Below are positions 15,001 to 24,681 of a stretch of DNA of 43,531 bases, piece after piece. The notes beneath the pieces were generated by a model. It saw only the letters and a program-made list of their open reading frames with translations, was not told the origin of the DNA and ran no database searches. Location of the stretch: positions 1 to 43,531 of IMG/VR virus record IMGVR_UViG_3300042923_000110. One strand, given 5' to 3'. Source of the DNA: a virus. Lineage: Duplodnaviria > Caudoviricetes. The stretch's first letter is position 1. Each line of letters starts with the position of its first letter. Both the position numbers and the translations under genes were made by a program.

Positions 15001-17272
15001 TAACTTTAGAATCGCCTTTAGCCTTCTGTATTTTAACCAGGAGGCTAGTTTCTGCGTCTTTGAACCTACTAGTTAGGTCTGATATTTTCTTTTCTCTAGC
15101 GTCAATTCTGTGGTTACCTTTTGCCAATTCACTAAGTGCGCTAGCCTCTAATGCAGAAGATTTTATTCGTGATTCACTTATCTGTGTCTCTGCTTCAACA
15201 TTCGCCCTATCGCCTAACTCTTCTTTCTTGAATTGTTCACTAGCATATTCTAATCTAGATTTTATTTCTGCATCTTTTACCTTGTTGCTTCTTATTTTTT
15301 TAGATAACTCATTTCCGGAAGAAAAACCGTGTTGCTCTGCTATAGTATCAACCCAAGCTTTTTGTTTGTCTGAAAGATTTCCTTCAATATACTTCTGAGC
15401 AACTTCTTTGACGTTCTTTAATCCTTTGCCAAACAATTGCAAGTCAAACGAAATAGCATCAGATGCGCGATACATAGGATCTGCTTCGAATTCCGCTTCT
15501 ATAGTTTTTTTTACTTCTTCCAAATGCTTGTTTAATTTCCCTTGAAATGAAGGACTGTTCTCCGCTTTTACGCGACTGGATAATACTGTTTCAGCGTGTG
15601 TTTTAGCCTCTGCTACTGCATCTGAATAAAACTTATTATCTGCAAGTCCTATCTCTTCGCTAACTGGCGGTTCTACTGCACGATCTCTATCGATATAAGC
15701 TTCTTCTACATTTCTTTTGTTTGGTTGTTCGCCAATTTTTACATCTTCTAACAATGCCTCTCTGTGTTCTTTAGGAAGGACTTCAAAGTTACCAAGCTTA
15801 ACTGACACATCTCCACCAGTTTGTATTGCTTCTGATATTTCTTTAGGTTCAACACCGAGTCTATCAATGATATGCTGCGCTTCTCTTGGGTTTATTTCTG
15901 CTACATTTTGCAGGTAATCGAACAGTTCAACACCTGGAATAGATACATTTTCCAATGGAGTCCCTGCAACTTCCGCATTGATCTTTTCAGCTACTAATTC
16001 CGGTGAACGTTGCGCTGTTTTTGACTTGTCTACCATATCGCCAAGATTCTTTAAAGCTACATAGCCATGACCAGGCAATGCCATAGCAAGAGCAAGCGGA
16101 ACCATGTTAACGCCACCCATTGCTATCTCTTCAATATCTCTAGCTCCCCAATTTAACGTTTGTCCTTCTGCTACCTTTCTACCTGCAATATCTGTAGCGG
16201 TTAAACCAGCACCTATTGCGCTTTGCTCTAAAACATTAAGTCCAAGGCTTTTTAATCCAACGCTGCTTGCCTCCGGTAGTTTTAACCATTTTCCTATTTG
16301 TGCAGAACTAAGAACTGCCGTACCTGCACCTGTAACTGCTGCTCCTTTGGCTGCTTCTGTCGGATCTACACCGTTTGATATTTCATCAAGGTATAAGTTA
16401 CCCATGGATGTAGATGCAAAATCTTTGGCAAAGCCAACTCTAAATCCTTGTCCTAATCCTGCCAATGCGCCAGGTACAGCACCTACACCACCAGCTAAAG
16501 AACCAATACCAGCACCAACGCCAGCACCAGCCAATCCATACTTTAACCCTGTTTGTACGCTTGGAGCCATGCCAGCAATTCCAGCTAATACACCGGGCAC
16601 ACTCCAGGTGCTTTTAGGTAGTTTTTCTTGTAGAGTTTTGATCTGATTGTTAAGGTATTCAAGCTTTGTTTTTTCTTCTTGACTAAGACCATCTAACCCA
16701 TAAACTCCGCCTAATAACTTGTTCCCAATTTCTGCGCGTTCTACTGACAAAGAATTCAATATATAAGAATCGCTCATAACGTTAATCATTTGTTCTTGAT
16801 AACTAAGATTGTTAATATCATCATGCGATACAGCTAGGTTGTTTTTATTTGATAAGTATTCTGTAGTCTTAGGATAATCAACTACAAATTGATTCCAGTT
16901 GTCAGGAGAGTTTTGCTTTAGTTGTAGCACTTGTTGTGCTGCTTGTTGTATCTCTGGTTTTGCTGCAATAAATGTATTAGGGTCAAGGTTTAGTATGCGC
17001 CCTGCTTCAGATGTCAAAGCTGCCTGATCTGCTGACTTCCTACCATACACATCATAAGCACTTGCTAAATCGGCGGCTCTATCGTAGTTAGGATTTATAT
17101 TGCGACCGCCAAAATCAACAATTGATTGACCTGCTGAAGATAAGGCATTTTCTATCTTTTCAGTTGTAGAATATTTTGGTCTGTTACTTATTTCTTCCGG
17201 TGTGTATATTGAGCCAGAATCATCTTGATATTTAACAGAACCATCACTCTGTGGTATAGCTTTAATTGCCAT
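12077..17272 (-). CDS. Large internal virion/DNA-ejection protein
   Basis: 1731 aa, helical, Gly/Ala-rich hydrophobic segments; T7 gp16-equivalent position. Confidence 0.75.
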   Translation of the reverse strand: MAIKAIPQSDGSVKYQDDSGSIYTPEEISNRPKYSTTEKIENALSSAGQSIVDFGGRNINPNYDRAADLASAYDVYGRKSADQAALTSEAGRILNLDPNTFIAAKPEIQQAAQQVLQLKQNSPDNWNQFVVDYPKTTEYLSNKNNLAVSHDDINNLSYQEQMINVMSDSYILNSLSVERAEIGNKLLGGVYGLDGLSQEEKTKLEYLNNQIKTLQEKLPKSTWSVPGVLAGIAGMAPSVQTGLKYGLAGAGVGAGIGSLAGGVGAVPGALAGLGQGFRVGFAKDFASTSMGNLYLDEISNGVDPTEAAKGAAVTGAGTAVLSSAQIGKWLKLPEASSVGLKSLGLNVLEQSAIGAGLTATDIAGRKVAEGQTLNWGARDIEEIAMGGVNMVPLALAMALPGHGYVALKNLGDMVDKSKTAQRSPELVAEKINAEVAGTPLENVSIPGVELFDYLQNVAEINPREAQHIIDRLGVEPKEISEAIQTGGDVSVKLGNFEVLPKEHREALLEDVKIGEQPNKRNVEEAYIDRDRAVEPPVSEEIGLADNKFYSDAVAEAKTHAETVLSSRVKAENSPSFQGKLNKHLEEVKKTIEAEFEADPMYRASDAISFDLQLFGKGLKNVKEVAQKYIEGNLSDKQKAWVDTIAEQHGFSSGNELSKKIRSNKVKDAEIKSRLEYASEQFKKEELGDRANVEAETQISESRIKSSALEASALSELAKGNHRIDAREKKISDLTSRFKDAETSLLVKIQKAKGDSKVNALKEQLAELNKSHAEEIKQLNADAKYTARWYDAEAKTKEADLKEQQKNDNAMAKEWLKSESTSQRIARQSQIGVKAALDYAKTSLADKQIKDAVNYNKYMKQAREAARQSEKEYRAGKYETAAILKNAEMLNHAFALEAMKLSKDFAKQDKYLKGVVSKKKKLFKTDENFNQVGSILERFGLGRKDYAINSKTESLADWSNRMDEMLGSVNIPQWLNDESIRKNYKDLTMPELKDVTDALKNIQKVANQEKTSIAVAKGESLDALRLEMITEMNKLDTAFTPKIEPTKLDRFKSGVSNYLYSLQTMSTVVSRLQQWKTFGSLEKFWIAPVHERANLESNRINKFKTELETMWGEYSPKERKAMANDKVYYDELGASTTKMKLMAMAFNLGNEGNSSKLFSTRPFGVESTKPWGRDTVMELLTNNLDKRDWQTVQKTWDLVNTIWPDLANFHAEMTGFEPKKVEAAPFEVTLRNGETIQMDGGYYPLKQDPRASLIAAERESADAPLYTEQNPAWKATTKTGHTKSRSNANYSIDLDPALINRHIVDVVHDLYFRDLVSDYRRMLNNKEFQFTVQSKLGPEGLKQFSDHVSNIANGESYRNVGMTAIESVVDYLRRAGTKAAITFRVGVITQNAANMVLYPKAIEGFGVQDAVMGVIKHGLLNYLPKSALNWKAAKQVREEIYALSPYMRDRRRTPDYSLNDIQSNMFENRGKIAEFGLGLLSASDDLTAVPMWKQAYEKKLGETGDSKQSAYYADSLIKAVNGSGRKYDLSPIMRSKKVTDKVFSSFYGFMNVEFNRWVKESGMATQDGLSIKGIENVPRFVGFVASRMIAFVIASDFLAGKGPKDEDDPAAYYASKIASYPLQLLPVVRDVAPIILNSALGLQTYGYRPPIAFSSFDAMTDAASKVKNYVYGNGATNEQDVVESVAKATAYSTGYPDQFNAWFFNAYDYFVNGMDPELEDIMKRRPKKERKN

Positions 17273-17289
17273 ATTTGATGCCCCTTTGC

Positions 17290-19365
17290 TTACTCTTTAA
17301 CCTGCCATTGACCATCTTTATAAACAACTTCATTACCGTATGCATCAAGAACTCCATATTGTGTTCTTGTCCAGTTGTCAGGTATGTTGCCTTTATAAGT
17401 TTCTTTTCCCCAACCAATAGCGTTTCTACCTATTACCACTTTTTGTGATTGATCTGTAGCAAGTTCGATAATATCTTCAACAGTTGGCGTAAGTCCTTTA
17501 CTTATAAGTTCGGCAGCACGTTGATTCATTTTCTCATATACTCTGCCTTGCTCTGCTCCGCTAAGACCTTTTTCTTTCATTATTCCGTTAAACGCTAACA
17601 TGTTTTCAGGAGAGGCCCATTTCATTTCTTTCTTGAAAGAATTAGCGAGTGGAATTAATTTCGAATATGGAATAACACCTGCATATGTATCTATCTCGCC
17701 TTTTGTTGTAATTTCACCGTTATAAATTTTACCTAACAAACCTTCGTATGCTGCTGCGCTTTGTTCATTTTCTTCTTGTTTAATTATACCTCTCATTTGT
17801 AATCCTTTTGAAATTGCACCTAATAAGTCAGGCCCTTGAAATCCAAATTGTCTTGCAGCATTTTCTACTTCTGCGTATGTTGTAGGTTTATTATTCATTA
17901 TATAGTTATCAAATTCATAAAAAGCATTATCTAAAGATTGTTTGTGTTGTGCATTCGACTCTGCTACAGCTTGATTTATTTGCGCAGTAACCAATTGTAA
18001 ACCTACTAAATCAGGTGCTGATATGCTTTCTGTTGTTGTTCCAGTTGTTGTGACCATTCTGCCAAGAATTGAATCGGCATATTCGTTTATGCTTGGTTCG
18101 TCTCCTGCACCTTGCTTACGACTTTTTGCCTCTTCTGAATAAGATAAAGCACCTTCACCACCATACCAAGCAATTGCTGCACCTCTCGCACCGTGAGCAT
18201 CATACAATTGTTTCAGCATATGCCTAGCAACTACTTCTTGATTTTCAGGAGTCATTGAGGAACCTTCTGGAAGTCCTGCTTGTTTTGACCAAGGGGCCCA
18301 ATTTTCAGGCATTATTTGAAACTTTCCTGCTGCACCTGTTCTGGCGTTAACTGCTTCATAATTACCGCCAGACTCTTGACCTGATATAGCATTTACAAAC
18401 GATTCGAAATCTCCTTCTGTTGGAGCTCCTTGTTTTGTTACTGTCCGTGTTTTACTAAGATATTTAGCTTTAGCAACTTCTAACATCTTGGAACCGTTCA
18501 ATGTTCCGTCTGGATTCCTAAATGTGGAATCACTCTTTAAAGATTCTACGTAATTAAATGTTTCGTTCTTTTCTAAGGAAGGGTTTATCTTTGCCATATT
18601 GATAGACTTCTGACTTTCTGGCAACTTATCTCCGTAATAGTCGACAAGTTTCTTTGCATCTTCTGGCCTGTTATTTGCAAGTAATATGTCTACCGTTTTT
18701 CCAATATTTCCATATATGTATTTCTTATGGTTTTCTTCCTGCATTTCTTTAGGAATCCCGTTAATACTTCCCATAGAATCAGATAGTGTTATTCCGGCAC
18801 GAAGACTAGTATTAGCTTGAGCATAGTTGCCCATCAGCACATTAGAAGTAAAACTTTCCGAACTGGCATTTAACTGTGATTCATTGGCTGCCGTATGTGC
18901 AACTTCAATCTGTTTCTTTTCGTGATTTAGCACTGATTGATACATTCCAGGATACATTGACTGATACATCATTTTGTAATTATTTTTTTGTGTATCGTTA
19001 GAAAGAGAATCCAATGTATTTTGATATATGCTATTAGATTGACTTTGAAAGTCTTGTGAAATTGCTGGCCTTGCTGGTGAATCTTTTGTTTCTGCTGTGC
19101 CTAGCGCATTTGTTCCTTGCTTGCTCAATAAATCATTTTGCAATGGTAGTAAGGTCTTTTGAGTGTTAGCCATTGCATTTGCTACTGCTATTTGATTTAA
19201 CTTTGCTTGTTCTTGTTGCGCCACCTTGAATGCTTCATCGCCAATCGCGCTGACAGTTCTTCCTAAACCAGCACCAAAAGTATCTTCGTTTGCTGTAGGC
19301 TGAACTCTAAAGCTTGGCAATGTTTGTTGTTGTACTTGACGATTATATACGGGTACAGTAGGCAT
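17290..19365 (-). CDS. Ejection protein with lytic transglycosylase domain
   Basis: AISGQESGGNY..N..TGAAGKFQIMPENW...AWYGG; MPTVPVY N-terminus. Confidence 0.85.
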   Translation of the reverse strand: MPTVPVYNRQVQQQTLPSFRVQPTANEDTFGAGLGRTVSAIGDEAFKVAQQEQAKLNQIAVANAMANTQKTLLPLQNDLLSKQGTNALGTAETKDSPARPAISQDFQSQSNSIYQNTLDSLSNDTQKNNYKMMYQSMYPGMYQSVLNHEKKQIEVAHTAANESQLNASSESFTSNVLMGNYAQANTSLRAGITLSDSMGSINGIPKEMQEENHKKYIYGNIGKTVDILLANNRPEDAKKLVDYYGDKLPESQKSINMAKINPSLEKNETFNYVESLKSDSTFRNPDGTLNGSKMLEVAKAKYLSKTRTVTKQGAPTEGDFESFVNAISGQESGGNYEAVNARTGAAGKFQIMPENWAPWSKQAGLPEGSSMTPENQEVVARHMLKQLYDAHGARGAAIAWYGGEGALSYSEEAKSRKQGAGDEPSINEYADSILGRMVTTTGTTTESISAPDLVGLQLVTAQINQAVAESNAQHKQSLDNAFYEFDNYIMNNKPTTYAEVENAARQFGFQGPDLLGAISKGLQMRGIIKQEENEQSAAAYEGLLGKIYNGEITTKGEIDTYAGVIPYSKLIPLANSFKKEMKWASPENMLAFNGIMKEKGLSGAEQGRVYEKMNQRAAELISKGLTPTVEDIIELATDQSQKVVIGRNAIGWGKETYKGNIPDNWTRTQYGVLDAYGNEVVYKDGQWQVKE

Positions 19366-19372
19366 TTAGTTA

Positions 19373-19846
19373 TCAACCCCCATAAGACGAATATTTTTGA
19401 GCAGCAGAAGACACCCCAGTGAGCAATGAAGACATTGCTTGGTATTTACCTGTTTGTTTTGCATTTTTGGCCTGCGCTCTGTATTGATTAGCTTGATTAT
19501 TTAATCCCCACATTTGCATAGCTGTGTTATATCTTGATGTCTGAACATCTTGCTCGCTTTGCATAGCTGTGTCAGATATAACAGACAATGCAGATCCTGA
19601 TTGAGTGTCAAGTCCATTGGCTGCAAATGCTGTTTTTTGTGATGCAGTAACTTGTTTTGCTTTTTGCCTGATCTGGACTTGTTCGTTTGTTCCTTGCTGA
19701 CCAACTGATACAGCCTGTGCTTCTGCTATAGCTGCATTTTGATTAGCAATTGATGCCTGATAAGCTGCATTATTCTTTGCTGCCTGCATTTGCGTAAAAG
19801 TTCCGAATACATCAGCACCAGTTGATATGCTTGAAGCATTACACAT
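19373..19846 (-). CDS. Small internal virion protein (T7 gp14-like position)
   Basis: MC start, Ala/Gln-rich, AFAANGLD..SGSAL. Confidence 0.75.
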   Translation of the reverse strand: MCNASSISTGADVFGTFTQMQAAKNNAAYQASIANQNAAIAEAQAVSVGQQGTNEQVQIRQKAKQVTASQKTAFAANGLDTQSGSALSVISDTAMQSEQDVQTSRYNTAMQMWGLNNQANQYRAQAKNAKQTGKYQAMSSLLTGVSSAAQKYSSYGG

Positions 19847-19847
19847 G

Positions 19848-20294
19848 TTACGCCTCCTTCCGTTTAAAGAAATAGTGAAACAGTTTATTTTCTATACCGT
19901 ACTCTTTTGGTTCTTCTATTGTTATTTTCATGAACTTGGCCCACTGTAGCGCAAATATATTTTCACTGTAAATATGACCTTCAATGTAACCACACTGATT
20001 AAGCAAACTGTTTAATCCTTTATGAGTTTCCTTGAAAAAACTTAACGGCAGAGTTTCAACATCTACCGCAAAAAATAACCAAAGATTATGTTTATCAACT
20101 AATCCAGATATGCAAATTGGCTTATTATCTAATAATACAATCTGTTTATATTCTGACGTTTCATATAAAGCAGCCATACATAATCCTGGTTCTATTCCAG
20201 ATGAAACTTTTATTTCTTCGAGGTTTTTTTCATGCAACTCAAATAACGCAAAGTCTTCAAACGTTGCCTCTCTAATGCTAATCACAATACACAC
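19848..20294 (-). CDS. GNAT-fold-like virion-associated protein (T7 gp13-like position)
   Basis: IREAT..D, PICISG, N..ALQWAKFM; synteny after the nozzle. Confidence 0.6.
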   Translation of the reverse strand: MCIVISIREATFEDFALFELHEKNLEEIKVSSGIEPGLCMAALYETSEYKQIVLLDNKPICISGLVDKHNLWLFFAVDVETLPLSFFKETHKGLNSLLNQCGYIEGHIYSENIFALQWAKFMKITIEEPKEYGIENKLFHYFFKRKEA

Positions 20295-20776
20295 TCTTGA
20301 TGTTTAAAATTTGTATTTGCAAATTCTCCAAAAAGTTCAATAGCTTTTTTATCGTAAGCAACGGCAGCGGAAATATCATCATCAAATAATCCAATCCAAA
20401 TCCTTTTATAATTAAATCCTATTCTAGATTGCCATTTCCCATCTGATTTCCTATGTGTAACCCCCTTGAATTTAGATGTACTATTGCTTTTTAATTTGTT
20501 TTGGTTGCGACAATTTTCACTATGAGTAGCTTCTCTTAAACTGTTTCTATCTATATGATCTGTTTTTAAATCTGCGTTCATTTTACAATTTAACGCTACG
20601 ATTTTATGCATATATTCAGTTTTGCGTTTCCCATTTGATAATCTAATGTTTCTAACTGCATAATAGTTTCCGTTCTTGGGATCTTTATGAGCATACCATT
20701 TGTGTAGCGATAAAATTTCATAATCTTCATCACTGCAAAATGCTACTTTATTTTTAGTCAATTTAATTCCATGCAA
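20282..20776 (-). CDS. HNH-AP2 endonuclease-like protein with a shortened HNH motif
   Basis: YMHK, DHIDRN, TSKFKGV, WQSRI, AAVAYDKKAIELFGEFA. Confidence 0.8.
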   Translation of the reverse strand: MHGIKLTKNKVAFCSDEDYEILSLHKWYAHKDPKNGNYYAVRNIRLSNGKRKTEYMHKIVALNCKMNADLKTDHIDRNSLREATHSENCRNQNKLKSNSTSKFKGVTHRKSDGKWQSRIGFNYKRIWIGLFDDDISAAVAYDKKAIELFGEFANTNFKHQECVL

Positions 20777-20781
20777 TTACA

Positions 20782-23319
20782 TCATCCCCCAATTTCTACT
20801 TCCGACATAATAGACAATACTGTCATTGGTAAAGGATCTGATTGCCTAATATACACAGTTGCGTTAGTCTCAAAATCGGTATAAGGAGACACTTTTTTAT
20901 CACCAGTAAACAGCTCAGCAGGCTTTCCATATGTTTCAGATAAATTTTGTTCAATAATTTCGAGATTATCATCGCCGTTTATTCCTACAAAACCACCATA
21001 AGTATTTTCAAAGCGAACAGTTACATTTTTAATAGACTTTGTACGCCCTTGTATAGTACCGTCACTCATTGGGAAATCAATATTAAGTGTTTCTAAGTTG
21101 CATTCATATCCAAGTCCAACATGTACCCTAGAAGCATAATCATCAAGCGTTATACTCCCATCAGTAACTACCTGTTTACTATTAACACTTCCATCAGCTA
21201 GTATAGTGACAGTTTCACCTTCTAAATGTTCAAGTCCAGATGCAATTGTTAAAGTCGCTTTTCTAACATAACCACCTGACTTGTAAGCGATGTAACTTGT
21301 ACCGTCAATATTTGTATCATCATCCATATTAACCAGTTCAAATGTATCTGTTGTCTTATTGGCAACCTTTCCTCTAAATCCATTAAGCTGAGTCATTCCT
21401 TTAATGTCTGAAAAATCAACATAGTCACCATTGCTTAGTCCATGACCAATTGCCGTAATTACAATAGGATTAGCTTTTGTAGCTCCAGTAATCGAAATAG
21501 GATTGTCGTAAGAAAGACCACAGTCAACAAAAAACTGATCCCTAGGATCAGCGGATATCATTCTTGGCATTAATTTTTCAATAAACCTTTTCGTTACTCC
21601 GTTTATTTCTCTCTTAACAACAAAGTAAACCTCTGTATATCCATTGCCTGGTATAGCAGCAACGCTTTCAAAGTATCCTTCTGTGTTGTGTCTCGCCCAT
21701 GCATACACATCTTGCTCTTTGTTATACGTGAAGCTAAGCAATACTCCATCTTCACGAACCGCCCAAACAATGCCGTCCGGCTCCTGTTGAAATGCCCAGT
21801 CTACAATTTTGTGGTTTTTAAATAAGTGACGTGCTAACATTGTCAAGTCGTCACCTTTATAAACATCATCTGTTAATGTATAACCAATATCACGCACAGT
21901 ACTGCCCATTTCTTGGCAATATAGTATTCTGCTTCCTATTACAATAGGATTAAGTATAGAAGACCCTATGTATCCCTGCTGCAATGCTCTTATTGTTGTC
22001 GGTGTTAATGATGCTGTCTCGCTACCTGTACCAATTTTCCAAGTACCGCCAGCAGTAAAAGCAATCATATTGCCGATTGATACCATTGATCTAATAGAGT
22101 TAACACCCTCGCTGACAAGTGGTGCTGTTATTGCATCTGAGTCCTCAGTAGGAGTATTAACTATAAAATTAGGATAATCACCTGTTTGCGATAGCCACAA
22201 CGTTAAAGGATCTTTAACACTTCCAGCAAATCCTAAACGATTTTGGAAAAACTTAACGCAACTTGGATAACCATTTTTAGTTGACCAAGAACCTTCTGCC
22301 CAGTCTTTTGTTGCCGTGGCAAAAGCTAACCCTATATTGTTTTCTGATGTATCAGTTAATACCGTGGCAGTAGCTACGGTTCCGCTGGTAACTCCGGTTA
22401 TTTTTACAATCCCATCATTAACAAATGAGTATGCATTTAAATCTACCTTACATGCTGCTCCTTGCTGTTCGAAATAAACACGTAACAAGACAAGATCGTC
22501 GGTTTCTCCACTGTCATTTATATTGTTATCATCGTCAGAGGCATAAGATCTTATTGTTTGCCATGTTACACCACTGTCTTTTGACCACTGTAATTTAAGT
22601 ATACCGTCCCATGATCCATAAGTAACAAGTGACCAAGATCCTTTACACTTTATTGAACTAGATGCTCCTGTTGCTCCAATAACAGCATTGACGTATTGGT
22701 CTGTTACATCATGGCTTATTTGAAACAACGACCCAATTTGATCTGCTGTAAATATATTTGACGATGCCGTCAGTGTAATGTCTCCTGTAACTCCACTAGG
22801 AGTAATAGTGGTGTCGGTAACATTTTGGTCTCTAAATGGCCCTCCGGTATAATTAAAATCTTCAAATATCCAATCGTAATGACTAGTTCTTGTTAATGTT
22901 TTTGGCTTATAAGATGAGTTGCATAAATATAAAGTATCTGCTGATTGTGCAGTTTTAAGATTAAACAAATAATCCTCTGTGTATGTTGTAGTTGTTTCTA
23001 CAATAGTACTACCATTTATAATCTGACCACCATCTTTATAGTAACGAAAGTAATTTTCTCCAGCCTCAATAATATACGCCTGTTCAACACTAAATTGAAA
23101 AGGTAAAAGCTTTACCTTTTTTGATGAGTCCTTTACCTCTGCAACAAACATTGTACCCGGTCTATTTTGCGCACCGCCATAAGGAAGGGGAATAAAGTTT
23201 TCCATAGTCTTAGCACTGACAAAGTATTTTGCATAATCGTCACGCCCCCACATATCGAAGCTAACTTCGCCATTAGCAAAAGAGGATTGTTTTGTATATA
23301 TTTTGTTTGATGTAGCCAT
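20782..23319 (-). CDS. Tail nozzle (tail tubular protein B-like)
   Basis: QSSFANGEVS, PYGGAQNRPG, GYPSCVKFFQNRL, SQTGDY.NF, AWARH. Confidence 0.88.
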   Translation of the reverse strand: MATSNKIYTKQSSFANGEVSFDMWGRDDYAKYFVSAKTMENFIPLPYGGAQNRPGTMFVAEVKDSSKKVKLLPFQFSVEQAYIIEAGENYFRYYKDGGQIINGSTIVETTTTYTEDYLFNLKTAQSADTLYLCNSSYKPKTLTRTSHYDWIFEDFNYTGGPFRDQNVTDTTITPSGVTGDITLTASSNIFTADQIGSLFQISHDVTDQYVNAVIGATGASSSIKCKGSWSLVTYGSWDGILKLQWSKDSGVTWQTIRSYASDDDNNINDSGETDDLVLLRVYFEQQGAACKVDLNAYSFVNDGIVKITGVTSGTVATATVLTDTSENNIGLAFATATKDWAEGSWSTKNGYPSCVKFFQNRLGFAGSVKDPLTLWLSQTGDYPNFIVNTPTEDSDAITAPLVSEGVNSIRSMVSIGNMIAFTAGGTWKIGTGSETASLTPTTIRALQQGYIGSSILNPIVIGSRILYCQEMGSTVRDIGYTLTDDVYKGDDLTMLARHLFKNHKIVDWAFQQEPDGIVWAVREDGVLLSFTYNKEQDVYAWARHNTEGYFESVAAIPGNGYTEVYFVVKREINGVTKRFIEKLMPRMISADPRDQFFVDCGLSYDNPISITGATKANPIVITAIGHGLSNGDYVDFSDIKGMTQLNGFRGKVANKTTDTFELVNMDDDTNIDGTSYIAYKSGGYVRKATLTIASGLEHLEGETVTILADGSVNSKQVVTDGSITLDDYASRVHVGLGYECNLETLNIDFPMSDGTIQGRTKSIKNVTVRFENTYGGFVGINGDDNLEIIEQNLSETYGKPAELFTGDKKVSPYTDFETNATVYIRQSDPLPMTVLSIMSEVEIGG

Positions 23320-23320
23320 A

Positions 23321-23911
23321 TTAAGACCTACCTTTTAAATATGTTGTTGGTAATTCAAATTTGCTACTGTTCTCCACCGCTCCCATATGTTGCGCTTCTG
23401 CAATTGCCATTTGATACTTTTGTGCCATTTCTTGTGCCTTTTGCGCATTGCCACTTTTAGCATTAACAACTTCAGCAGCCAATTGATAACTAAATGCTTT
23501 AATAAATGTTGCATCGTAAAGGTCAGGCACATTAACTTTATAAGTAAATTCAACGTATGCGTTCTTTACATCACTGGCAATAAACTTCTCTTCACCATTG
23601 GTAAATATCTTAAACTCTGCTTTTTCTTTAAGCCGAAAATTATTTACATCTTCAACGCGTAAAACCTTGACGCAACTTGCAGGATATTGATATACATAAT
23701 CATATCCCGGTGTAGTGTCGTCAGTTAACGCTAGTACTCGTATATTATTTGCGAAGTTCCAAGGGAACCCCCTGAGCGTTGTTTCAAGACAATTGTCATA
23801 GTTTATATCTAAAAGTCTTGCGGTCTCTGTACCATCATCTAGAGAATTAATCTTACCGCCACCAAAACGGCTTAATGCTAAATTACATATATCTGTTTTT
23901 GAGGTAGACAT
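23321..23911 (-). CDS. Head-tail adaptor (tail tubular protein A-like)
   Basis: ICNLALSRFG, PWNFA, YQYPASC; synteny. Confidence 0.8.
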   Translation of the reverse strand: MSTSKTDICNLALSRFGGGKINSLDDGTETARLLDINYDNCLETTLRGFPWNFANNIRVLALTDDTTPGYDYVYQYPASCVKVLRVEDVNNFRLKEKAEFKIFTNGEEKFIASDVKNAYVEFTYKVNVPDLYDATFIKAFSYQLAAEVVNAKSGNAQKAQEMAQKYQMAIAEAQHMGAVENSSKFELPTTYLKGRS

Positions 23912-23925
23912 GTTACACCCCCATA

Positions 23926-23955
23926 TAAAATAGGGGCGAATTATATCGCCCCTCA
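23926..23955 (-). terminator. Terminator after the capsid genes
   Basis: AGGGGCGA-TATAAT-TCGCCCCT-ATTTTAT. Confidence 0.75.
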
Positions 23956-23958
23956 TTG

Positions 23959-24237
23959 TTATTTATTCTTGCATAACTCCCAGTACTCTTTAGCTTCCGC
24001 TAACTTTCCGATGAATATCTCTTCATTTGGCAACTTCCATTTACCAGGCCCACCACGTTTTATTTCGTCGCTTTCATCAACATGCGGGTCTTCTTTTTCA
24101 TTAACCATTGATTCGCCAATACCTTGAAGAGATTTTCTATTTTCGTAACCTTCTTCATAATCAATTATTTCATCAGGATAATAAAGCTTACCGCCAATAA
24201 ACGATCTTCTTTTTACTAGATATTTTTCATAAACCAA
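23959..24237 (-). CDS. Small head-module hypothetical protein
   Basis: 92 aa between the cement and adaptor genes. Confidence 0.65.
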   Translation of the reverse strand: MVYEKYLVKRRSFIGGKLYYPDEIIDYEEGYENRKSLQGIGESMVNEKEDPHVDESDEIKRGGPGKWKLPNEEIFIGKLAEAKEYWELCKNK

Positions 24238-24251
24238 TTAAAACAACTCCT

Positions 24252-24662
24252 TTACAGTTCAGGCGAATCATTGATATAAGCAACAATTTTACCTGTTGTC
24301 ATCGGGCCAGTACCTACAGTAAAATTAAGCCTTAAAAATTGTTCCATGTTTTGCAAGTGTAAAGGCCATACACGATGATAACCTTTAACAAATACAGCCT
24401 TTCCAGTAGTAGCAGGTAACAACGCCTCAAGAGTTGCAGCACTTCCAAAAGTTGCTGCACTGTCGCTTTCTAAATCAATTCCCATAGTAGCTGCTCCGGC
24501 TGCCGTAAAGGTTGTATCTACTCTAACATGCAAATAAGCTGGTCTGAAAAAGTTTCCAGCAGACCCAAGGTCTAGAACATTGGTAGATGCAGCGGTTGCG
24601 GTTACCGCTTGCATTGCTGTACCATCAGTTTGTTTAGTAAAACTAAGTTGAACATCATACAT
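24252..24662 (-). CDS. Capsid cement/decoration protein (BPP-1 Bbp16-like)
   Basis: QAVTATAASTNVLDL, FLRLNFTVGTGPMTTGKIVA. Confidence 0.85.
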   Translation of the reverse strand: MYDVQLSFTKQTDGTAMQAVTATAASTNVLDLGSAGNFFRPAYLHVRVDTTFTAAGAATMGIDLESDSAATFGSAATLEALLPATTGKAVFVKGYHRVWPLHLQNMEQFLRLNFTVGTGPMTTGKIVAYINDSPEL

Positions 24663-24681
24663 ATTTTATATCCTCCCTTTA

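Noticed and set aside
10846-16646. Plus-strand ORFs of 96-180 aa opposite the tail genes (10846, 13565, 14886, 16104)
   Set aside because: Antisense shadows of Ala/Gly/Lys-rich coding sequence with no SD or recognisable motif
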